Assembly: GCA_046563655.1 (NCBI GenBank)
Contig: CM102290.1
Coordinates: forward strand, 11,656,001 to 11,720,000
DNA length: 64,000 bases
Reading direction: 5' to 3'
Source: Yuukianura sp. NJ FZ-2021
Lineage: Eukaryota
The translations under genes and the position numbers were made by a program. Position 1 is the stretch's first letter. Every line of letters begins with the position of its first letter. The notes beneath the pieces are model-generated. The model made no database searches, was not told the origin of the DNA, and saw only the letters and a list, made by a program, of their open reading frames with translations. Below are positions 13,901-24,107 of the stretch, piece after piece.

Positions 13901-16900
13901 ACGCAACGCGGCTCTAATCGCTGCAACTTTTAACAGCGCTGGAGCTGTACCTAGAAAAAAATTTCGGAAATCTCGCTCTCCCGAAAATTTTCAAATCGTT
14001 TGTACAGTCTCAACTCCTGAAATCGAAAAAATCTCTAGATTTGAAAAATTACTGAAATCTTTCCGAGAAAAGTTGCTCAAAGTTCATAAAAGCAAAAAAT
14101 TGCACGAAATCATTTGAGACGCAAGAAGTTTAATGAAATTCTCAGAGAGGCTGTCCAGAAACTACTAAAAAGCTACACATCGTTAAATCAGTAGCCGAAA
14201 TTTTTCGAAAAAAAAATTTTTTTAGACGACGTTTTCAGAATTTCCAAAATTCACACAACATTATAGAAGTTATACTACGCATACGCTTTGAAGCCTAACC
14301 AAGAAAACCTTTCATTTCCTTCAAAATTTTGAAAAACATATTGTAAACTACTTGAATCGAAAATAAATTCGATTGCAACAATTTCAGCCACAAACTGAAC
14401 TCCGAACGCAGCAGGATCGCATGTCCCTAATCCATTTCTCGAAGTGACGTTTTGATCCGCCTCTGCCCGTGCAGTTTCTGGTCCTGTTTTCGGTGGGATT
14501 GCTTGAATTGATGGGTTTAGTGTTATAAGGTGTGCCATTAGGAGGGATTTTGAACTTATTTTGAAGTTGCCTCCTTAAGTGACTTTTAATTGAAGTGAAA
14601 GTGCCATAAATAATTATGGCACCCCTCAGCATTCAGTATGTGCCACTCCCTCTACCTCTTACCCGCCCACCATTTGATCCAGATCCGCAGGAAAGGCACG
14701 ATTATGCAGCAGTCGCCCAGGCTGCAGGCGCCAAATTCAAATTGTTGCGAAATTCAAATTCCAACTTTCACTTTTTACAACAATCACTTCACCTGGCCTA
14801 ACGTAACCCACGAATAGCCTAACTTTTTGTGCTAATCTCACCCAAGTTTATCAAAAAAATTGTTCTTAAATACAAAAACTTGGTCCCAGGGTACAACCCG
14901 AGGCACTTTAAAACTTATAACGTTTCATAAAAATGTGTGATCACTGGATCCACTGTGATCTACAGCATAAAGTACTTAACTAGGCTGATATGTTAGGCTA
15001 ACCTGGAAATTTGAAATTAACCTAACATAACGTGAAAGGCAATAGGTTATGTTGCTTACCATCGAAAACTTTCTTGTCCTCTTCCTCCCCTTCACGCCCT
15101 CGCAAAAGACGAGAAATTGCACTGACTGAGGGTGCACTCGTCCGATCACAAATGCTCTCCTTGATCAACCTGAAAAGTAATAGTAAAAAACCAATTAATT
15201 CATAGATGCATGCGCATATTTTTGCTAGAAATAGTTTCATACTAAGATTAATCATAGAATACCATTAATCATAGGAAGTTGGAGACTAACATATGTAGTA
15301 GTACGAAATTACTAAACGAGACAGAACAGTCAAGTTTAAGGAATTTTACGTTATGTGTACTAGAATTATTTTCTTTTTTTAAAACAGTTGAATTTTATTT
15401 ACAAACTTTGTCTTATTTCTTTGTTTTTTAAAATTCCGAATTTTATTTACAAACTTTGTCTTATTTCTTTGTTTTTTAAAATTCCAACTTTTTGTTTGAG
15501 TTGCTTTGTTGTGTTTCTGTTCGGCTCTGAAAGGGAAACTTTTTTCAGCGTGACCTTTGACCTCCTCTTCCTTGTTTATAAAAACTAGAAGCTTTAGTCG
15601 ACTGAGGTTAAATGTTAAACTAGTCATGTTAACCTAACCTAATCTCTGCCGCGTCAATTTAAAACCTTTTAGGTTGACACTTCCCTTCTCAGGTCAAAGA
15701 TTTACGACTCCTTCGCACTTGTCGTTTCAAATCCATGCGGGAAAGGAAGTCATATTGGTTTCAGAGGATTTCGAAATATTAAGAAAACGTTATTTAAAAA
15801 AAAAACAGGATTAAAAAAAATCAAATTTTTGTGAATTTTGATGAATTCGTGATTAAATTAAAAAACTTAAACTTGAGTATTCAAGTTTTTAGCATCTTTA
15901 AGGTAACCCAGGCCTTTAAATGAGTCAAATATTATAAGAAAATGAGTAAAACTAGTGTACGTCCGTTCAACTACTAAAGTGTGAATATTTGAAAACTGGC
16001 GGCTTTTTAAGGTCAAAGTACAAGAAAGGTCAGAGGTCATGTGAGAAAGCATGTAAACTTACTTGTCTCGTATTTCCCATGAGAATATGCCTGGATTTTC
16101 CTTCTTGTAGTCTTCAATTCGTTTCTCTACGTCGGGCGTAGCAATTCGCGGTTTGCTGCCTCCGATGACTCCTGGTCGAATGCTGCCTGTTTCCTGGTAA
16201 CGATTCAAAATTTTGGAGACACACCCATGTGACACTCTGAGTTGACGCGAAATGACGCACGGTCGAACGCCGGCAGCCGCAAGTTCTACAATTTTTAGAC
16301 GAATGTGATTGGGCAGTGGACGACCGTTTATAAAAACTCCACCAAGTTGATTCACTCTGCCTTGTCCTAAAAGAAAACATTTGAAATTACAATTCCCAAG
16401 TCCAATTTTTTTTAAAAAACTTTTTCAGTTTTGTTTTTCAAAATCTGTGTGTTTTTGAGCGGTGAATAACCTCTGACATTCCGGGAATGTGTGTCACTCT
16501 TTTGTGCTGACTTGGCTATGGCTATATTTTGAGAGTCATGTCAGCGCCTTCTTTTTGTGTAAGTTTGACAACTTTCCCATGGGGGAAGAGAGACATAAAT
16601 TAAGTCGTAAAGTGTTGGAAATGACTTTTGTGTTGAGCATTCCATTTGAACAGGAGTCTGAACAGGAGAATAGAAGGTGTCAAAGGGTCAAGTCCCTTCA
16701 GAAACACAAAGGTCATCACCTCCTTCCGTGACTTTGGAACACTCATAAACACTTCCAAGTCACCACTTCAATCCCTGGAGACAACGCGACGACACTTGAG
16801 TCCCCACCCCCACTTTACAACTTGTTCTTCAAGTACTCAAAGTACTTGTTCAAGGGTCCCCTTGTAAGTAGGAAGAAACAGGGGGACCCTTGACATGACA

Positions 16901-17941
16901 CCCAAAGTATCTCCGCAGCTTCCGATTGTGTCTCAAGGGCTCCTTCTTTGGTTCATCTCTTGTCGTAAATCAAGCTATCTTGTAAAGTCTTGTGAAAGTG
17001 TCAATTTAAGAATCAAAGTGATTTAGGGCCAAATTATTGCTACTCAAAGGTCAATTCCAGGTCATCACTTGTGTCAACTGGAGTCATAAAAATTAGGATC
17101 CATTTGAAACAAAATCAAAGCTTCAGTGTGACCCTTGAAACAGGCCCTTCAAGGGCCTCCAAAATCTTTAAAGTTTTCTTTGGTTTCACGGATATTTTCT
17201 TTTGCTTTACGTTATTTTTTACAATATTTTGATTTTCAGCATCAAAAATATCTTACAACTCCATTTTCAAAAAACCTTTTTGTCTGTTTCAAAAAAAAAT
17301 TGAATTTCCACCTTTTTAGATTTGCCGCTTTAGGTTTGTTAACATGGAGACTAAAATTCTTGTAAGCAGATGAATTATTTTAAACCAAACTTTGAAATAT
17401 CCAAACACAATATTTTACAACAATCTAAACAGCAAGTGGATTTTGAGAGAACTGCGAACGTTCACAACTTTTGAGAATTTAGTGTGTTTCTTTTAAAATA
17501 AAAAAAATTTTTTTTAATGGTTGCGTTGCGTATTGACATTTTTCTTCTCGTGAAATTTAAAATTTTGGTTTTTCTTTTGTTGTAAAAGGTGGCACGATAT
17601 TTCACTATCGTCGCTTTCATCCATTGCAATTTCTTTTGTTACAGATGACACAAATTTTGTGAATTTAATTTCGTATGTTGAAAGCGAAAGTTGCTTTTTG
17701 AAAATCGTCCAAATATTTCAGCGAAGCTTCAAAAGATTAACTGCTTTAGAAAACTAATCTAAAGAACATATGTCGAAAATAGATGTCTTTCTACGAAAAA
17801 ATGCTTCAAAGTATTTTTCAAGTTTTAAAGATTTTAAAATTTGGAACTTTTTACTAAAAAAAAATAAGGTTGTACTACCGTACCTTGAAAGGGATATCCC
17901 GTAAAGCAGGGTCTCATCATTCCAATATTTGACACCGTCAT
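10940..17941 (-). CDS. Pax3/7: Pax3/7-family (paired/gooseberry group) transcription factor, 7 coding exons, ~436 aa; most like paired
   Basis: Exons 17941-17884 ([19 protein letters not shown]), 16366-16063 (paired domain [28 protein letters not shown]...WEIRDK), 15169-15060, 13186-12978 ([21 protein letters not shown] homeodomain), 12112-11935 ([13 protein letters not shown], Ser50), 11849-11617 and 11158-10940 (ends [11 protein letters not shown]). All introns are GT-AG, phases are consistent, total 1311 nt. Confidence 0.95.
15390..15485. repeat. 48-bp direct tandem duplication in a Pax3/7 intron
   Basis: gaattttatttacaaactttgtcttatttctttgttttttaaaattcc present twice back to back. Confidence 0.85.
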
Positions 17942-19480
17942 GTCAGAGGTCGTCTCCAGATTGGATCACTTTCACAAGTCACAAACGCTACACAGAAAAA
18001 CTTATTTTGTCGTCTAAAGGTCAAAGGTCAACAGCTCACATTAACGTCCATGTCCATTCCAATCATAATCTCAATTTTTGAAAATTTCCGCCAAAACTTT
18101 TCCTGAAAAAATCAGCTCCAAACTTTCACCAGTTTCAGAATCCCGCAGGATTACTTTGAACAGACCAAGCAGCAAACACTTATTTGTTTTGAAAGTTTTT
18201 CGAAGAGAAAATTTTGAAAATCCGAGTTCGAATTTCACCACTCCAGAACCGGATTTGTACCACTGTGAAAATTTGAAAATTTTGGAGTTTGAAATAGTTT
18301 TAGGGACGGTTTGCAGAGTGTGACTGACTGGCAAGATGAGAAGTTTAGCAAGATGATCTTCATTCCGTGAAGTAGATTTGGTTCGGCCCCTTCAAAATTT
18401 GAAAAAGGCGGGGCTTGTGTGATTTGGAACTATTGGATTGGTGGAGAGCTGCTGTTGAGGTGGAGCCAAGGGTGGCTTCAGAACACTTTTGAAGTGAGAA
18501 ACCACTTGAATACAGACATGAGGCTTCTGTTCCAACATGTTCCTAACATTTTACAGAATCAAAAAACAATGGAATCTGAAGTGACAATTGGGAGGTGACA
18601 AATTTTTTTATGAAAAAACTGGGGAAATTTCGACACAGGAGATCAAAAATGTCAGAAAATGAAAACTGAGCAACAGGTTTCAAACATTTTTGAGTTGCAG
18701 ACGACAAGAGTCACGAACTACAATTAATTTTTGAACTTTTGAAAACCGAAAATGCTGTCACGTTTGAAATAGCGGGATGTTCAAATGTGGTTTTAAAATT
18801 TGAAAAATGGCGGGTAGGGAGCAGGTGTGGTGAGATGCTTATGTTTGTCTCGTCCTACTGAAAAACACGATGTTATTTGTATGAACTCAATTTGAATTTC
18901 CTCCCTCGCCAAGAAAATGGGATGATGACAGGCGTGACGTTGTTTGGAGGTTCCGGTTGGTTGGCGGTTTCAAAAAATTCAAATGGAGGCAGAAGCGCGG
19001 AATTCGAAATTGATGAACAAATAATTTTAGACAGTTTGTGGATTAGGCATGGTTCCGTCCTTCCAGTAACCAGTAAACGCTTACAGTCGTTGGTACAATT
19101 CCAACAGAACAGAGTTCATGGCGCATGTTCAGAAGCTGAAAATGCAAACTTTGGCCCAATCGAAACGTTCCGATTGGTTCATCTCACCTGTCACCCTTAT
19201 GCATCACTCAATTCTAACTTTTTCCAATTTCTAAAATAAAAAATACTTTTCAAGAACTTGAAATCGTTTAAACTGTGCCTATTTTTTATGAAAAGCAAAC
19301 TCAATAATAGCATCCATTATTTCAGTAAGCCCTTCAATCAAATAAATTGCATTTCATTCGTAAAGACTAAAGTTCACTCAATCAATTTATTTCATTTTCA
19401 TTTTTAGTTATTGAGTTTAAGGCACTATAATGGGGAAAACTTATGTGTTACACTCATGGTTTTTTGTTGTGAATTGAAAC

Positions 19481-19914
19481 TTATTGAAATTGGTTTGTAA
19501 ATTCGAGTAATTTTTGTTCAAGTGCCGTCTTCTTGGCTTGTACCATACAAATTTTTCGGTCACTTCTAGCCACCAGTTGTTTCAGGATTTGCTTTTCCTC
19601 TAGCAATTCCAATTCCTTCTCCGCTTTTTTGTAAATTTCGGACTCAATACACGTTTTTTGGTGCTCGCGGAGATTCAAAAATCTTGAAACAATCCAACGT
19701 TGTTCGCGTTTAAATTCTGCCTCCGAAATTCGGAACCCAAGGGCCTTTTTCAAGACGTAGGAGATGTGTCCAACCCTCGTTGGGACCTGAAAATCATGCA
19801 AATTGCGTAAAATGTACCCCGGTATAGAGACATTTTTAAATTTACGGCGTCGATGGTCGCTAGATCTGACTCTTGTGCCCAGCTAGCAGTTTCTTCTTCA
19901 CAAAAAGATGACAT
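19481..19914 (-). CDS. Small two-exon coiled-coil protein of unknown function (~124 aa)
   Basis: Exon 19914-19846 (MSSFCEEETASWAQESDLATIDA), a 59-nt GT-AG intron, then exon 19786-19481 (VPTRVGHISYVLKKALG...KAEKELELLEEKQILKQLVARSDRKICMVQAKKTALEQKLLEFTNQFQ*). In frame, with heptad-like E/K/L composition. Confidence 0.6.
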
Positions 19915-20115
19915 TTTGTTTAGATGTAAATCCAGACAGACGTCACGATTGATGAAAATGACAACAATGAAAACTCAGCAGTTGATGATGATTTTAAGAT
20001 ACAAGGAGTGCAACCATTAAGTATTTCGATAAGCCCGAGCGGAGCCACAATTTTTTTTTGGCGGGAGTGTTCAAAATTTTTTATAATAAAAATATTGTGT
20101 ACTTGTGACCAGCTT

Positions 20116-20129
20116 GTCGCCATGGTAAC
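20116..20129. promoter_or_regulatory. RFX X-box (GTCGCCATGGTAAC)
   Basis: Matches the GTNRCC-AT-RGYAAC consensus, ~200 bp upstream of the ATG at 19914. Confidence 0.6.
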
Positions 20130-20409
20130 AAAAAGACAAGATATGTCGAAATTTTTGATATTTTTACTTTTGAATGGCTTCGGGGAAAAACAACCAAACA
20201 GATTTTTGGTTTAGCTTAAGTTGCACAAAACTTGTTTGTAAACAAAGTCGGAAACGAATTTGAAGTGTGAAATAATTCGTATGTAAACTGTTTATTGATT
20301 GAAAGTCTCTCTGTCAGTCTGTCTGTCGGTCAACCGCTAAAAGATTGCCGATACAAAATACGAATATATTACACACGTGTGTTGGCACACCAACTACATT
20401 TACGACCAC

Positions 20410-21382
20410 CAGTGTTGGTGGATGCTTAAACGTCCAGTAGCTTAATTACCACTTCCACTGGATATACACTTAGAAGACATGTGACCCAAATGGACGAAAC
20501 TATAAATGGATGGAAGAAGTAAAAAATTTCAATTAATTAGGCTAACAAATTCACTACAGTGCATTTTCCTTTTTTATGGAAATTAAAAAAATTCCAAAAT
20601 ATTGATTTTTAAAAACAGCATCACACCTTCTAACTTTCTACAGAAGGACTTTTGGAAAAAGTCAGGATTAGGCTACCAAATTCACTACAGTGCATTTTGC
20701 TTTTTTATGGAAATTAAAAAAATTCCAAAATATTGCTTTTTTAAAACACCATCACACCTTCTAACTTTCTACAGAAGGACTTTTGGAAAAAGTCAGGATT
20801 AGGCTAACAAATTCACTACAGTGCATTTTCCTTTTTTATGGAAATTTAAAAAATTCCAAAATATCGTTTTTGTAAAACACCATCACACCCTCTAACTTTC
20901 TACAGAAGGACTTTTGGAAAAAGTCAGTATTAGGCTAACAAATTCACTACAGTGCGTTTTCCTTTTTTATGGAAATTTAAAAAATTCCAAAATATCGTTT
21001 TTGTAAAACACCATCACACCCTCTAACTTTCTACAGAAGGACTTTTGGAAAAAGTCAGTATTAGGCTAACAAATTCACTACAGTGCATTTTCCTTTTTTA
21101 TGGAAATTAAAAAAATTCCAAAAAAATTGATTTTTAAAAACACCATCACACCTTAACGTTCTACAGAAGGACTTTTGGAAAAAGTCAGGATTAGGCTAAC
21201 AAATTCACTACAGTGCATTTTCCTTTTTTATGGAAATTAAAAAAATTCCAAAAGATTGATTTTTAAAAACACCATCACACCTTCTAACTTTCTACAGAAG
21301 GACTTTTGGAAAAAGTCAGGATTAGGCTAACAAATTCACTAAACTGCAAAAGTACTAAAGATGTAGCCATCCATCAACACTG
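20410..21382. mobile_element. Non-autonomous TIR element (CAGTG-ended, hAT-like) carrying an internal tandem array
   Basis: CAGTGTTGGTGGAT at 20410 and ATCCATCAACACTG ending at 21382 (13/14 inverted match); the same terminus occurs at 56522; no clean TSD. Confidence 0.55.
20537..21340. repeat. Tandem array, ~131-bp unit, 6 copies plus a partial copy
   Basis: Unit ttaggctaacaaattcactacagtgc...cagaaggacttttggaaaaagtcagga starts at 20537, 20668, 20799, 20930, 21061, 21191 and 21322. Confidence 0.95.
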
Positions 21383-21514
21383 ACGAAAAAATCTCACGGT
21401 TTCTTAAGCCGAAATCTGTAAATCGTTTTTTTCCAAACCCCTGTTTACCTCTTCAAAACTTTAAAATTACGTGTATCCTGTTCTAAACACAGTTTTGCTG
21501 GCTATCCCCTGTTC

Positions 21515-21640
21515 CAGCATTTTGTCCATGTTATATCCACTGGATGAATGGTTTTATCTGGATGAAATCCAGTTTTCGGTGGATGAAATGCGATTTCGTC
21601 AGTATGCAACCAATAAACTCCGCATATATCCACTACTTAT
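21515..21640 (-). repeat. Degenerate inverted copy of the MITE at 56522-56715
   Basis: atatccactggatgaatggttttatctggatgaaatccagttttc resembles the reverse complement of 56627-56670 (gaaactggatttcatccggatttatccatttatccagtggatat). Confidence 0.55.
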
Positions 21641-22539
21641 CCAGTAAACTATACCGAAATGGCTTCCACTACGTTTCTGCAAACGAAGAGAAACACAGTG
21701 AAAACTCTTAAGACTCACTTGTCTCGGACGTTAATTTAACAGAAAATTTTTCATCTGAACCTATGTCTGCGTACTCCTTATTCAGTCATAGAAATCAGAT
21801 TAATTTGTAAAATCTCAAACAACCAAAACTCCCTTTCGCTCCTCCGATAATACTGTTTCCGATTTGCAAAATTTGAAAATATTATTGAAAAAGTGTGTTC
21901 CCAAAGTGACAAGTAGCCACTCTACGATTGTGTCATTTTGCACATGCACAACTTTTTTTGAAATTCTGTTTGGTGGTTTTTCCACGAAGCCATTCTTTTA
22001 GAAAAGTTATGACAAAAATCGTAGTTTTTAGAAAATGGAATTTGTTTAAACGATGACTGGGGTTTTTAAAGTCCAGAGGCACATGATACGTTTTTTCCGT
22101 TTGGAAGTTTTGAAAATGATATTTTCGAAAAAGTTTTGTGTAAATTTAAAAAAAACGTCAACACTTTAGATGGTTTTTGTAAAAGCGCCAAGTGGATTTC
22201 TTTTGAAAGTTATGAGACCGTGACGTGATCTTATGCAAAAGAACTTTCTCTTTGATGGCACTCATGCAAAGATCCGCTCCTGCGATCAACCTAATGATCC
22301 TTCACAACTCTGCTCAATTTTTCCAAGTTCTTTTTTCACGTTTTTCGAAAATTCTGATAAAAAACATGTTTTTAAAATGAACTTACAATATTCTTTCACA
22401 CTGTGGTTAAAAAATATTTTCTAAAAAATTTAAAAGAAAAGTTCCCAAAACTCATCTTCGAGAGAACTCAAAACCGCATGTATTTATTTTCTGTTCAATT
22501 TTTAATTTTTAAAAAAAGGTACTTGCAAGCAGGAAAACT

Positions 22540-22609
22540 CAAGGTAACTAAACATAAATACACACGCGCTTTCTAGAAAGCGCGTGTGTATTTATGTTTA
22601 GTTACCTTG
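22540..22609. mobile_element. Perfect 70-bp palindromic mini-element with 8-bp TSD (P-element/hAT-like ends)
   Basis: caaggtaactaaacataaatacacacgcgctttct|agaaagcgcgtgtgtatttatgtttagttaccttg is self-complementary and flanked by ggaaaact at 22532-22539 and 22610-22617. Confidence 0.85.
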
Positions 22610-24023
22610 GGAAAACTCAAAATTTCCAAAACACAAACAGTAGAATAATTTGGAGCCGCTATTTCCATGGCGATATAAAAACTTTTAGAATTAATTTAAA
22701 AATTATGTAAGGAAAGTTTTATAAATTGGGTTTGAATTATTTTTGTGGATTATGATGCCACTGGCTTTCTCCTCCTCCAGTACGTAAATTGTGAATTGCA
22801 TGTTAGGTAGCCATGAATCACCCGGTTCCAAATTTGTTCTGTTCGGTCCGTAACCTTGGAGCGGCGGGATCATTTGAATTTAGTTTGTATCAAAAGGAAG
22901 CCGAGTATCGCAGAAGTTAAAGGGAGCAGAAGGGAGAGAGGAAAGTCAGTAATGATCCCAAAGGAAAGCCGAATCCTTTGATAAATTTCAAATGCCACCT
23001 TCAATTATACTCTCTTCTCCAAATGTTCAAACAGGATTTTTAAAAAATTAGAACAAAAAAGTTGTTTTTAGAACAGAAACATCTTTGAACAAACTCCTGT
23101 TCAAGTCTTTCAATAAAAACCTTCATCCCTCATCCCCCTCTCCTCAATTCGTCCTCGCACGCTATCTTATTTTCAAACTTTTCATTCCAAGTGAGCATTT
23201 AGTTTGTTCTAAAAAATATACTGGAGAAACAATATAATACATTATATTAATTAAGTTAAGATAATATGTTAAAAATAATAAGATTTTAAATAATAATTAT
23301 AGAAAAAGTAGGTACTACCGCTTCGATTTCACGTTAAAACACCAACGAATTCAAATTTTTGGTTTTGTTGCTGAGAATTTTTGTTTTTGTTAGTGGGAAA
23401 AGCTTCATTAAAAGTTTGAGTTTTTTTCCAAAAATTTTGGAAACAAAATGTTTAGTGGGAAAATTCAGTTTGCAACTAAGGGCCCACACCTACACTTTTT
23501 TGAATAAGGGGGCATGAGCCCTTGAGCTCTTTCCTGAACGGTGACTGTAAAGGGAAGCTTAATGATTTCTCAGGTTGATTTTCAAAATCCAGATTGATTT
23601 TTGAACCCTAAAAAGTTGAAAAACGGAAAAATGAAAAATTGGAGTAAAATTATGAAATTTCAAAAGAACCAAAGACGGGTAATAAGGGGAGGGTAGTCCT
23701 TCAAGGGTCCCACACAATGTGACTCATTTGTCTTCTTCTGAACTTACTAAAACAATCTTCTTTTCAAAATAGCCCGGGACTTTTAGAAGGCCATCGGACA
23801 CCAAGAGACATGCGTACCATAAGCAAAATTCGAAGTGCTAAAACCTGCATTTTAAAACCCAGTTTCTAAAAAAAAGTTATCAAAAAAATTTCAAATTAAG
23901 AAATCTTAATTGCTCAATTATGGACTTTTTACTAGTAACTAAAAACCATTCACTACCACGAAAAACTTAACCATTTCCAAGGCCTCTCTATGGGATTCTT
24001 CATTGGTTCAAAATAAATTGAAT

Positions 24024-24107
24024 CAACAGAAATCGGTCGAAACGGTAATTGGTTCAACTGAAATCGTTCGACACCGCAATTGGTTCAACTGAAAAGGTAC
24101 GAAACGG
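24024..24107. repeat. Short ~31-bp tandem repeat (about 3 degenerate copies)
   Basis: caacagaaatcggtcgaaacggtaattggtt / caactgaaatcgttcgacaccgcaattggtt / caactgaaaaggtacgaaacgg. Confidence 0.6.

Noticed and set aside
20537..21340. Regularly spaced repeats as a possible CRISPR array
   Set aside because: Whole 131-bp units are repeated with no unique spacers, there are no cas genes, and the context is eukaryotic.
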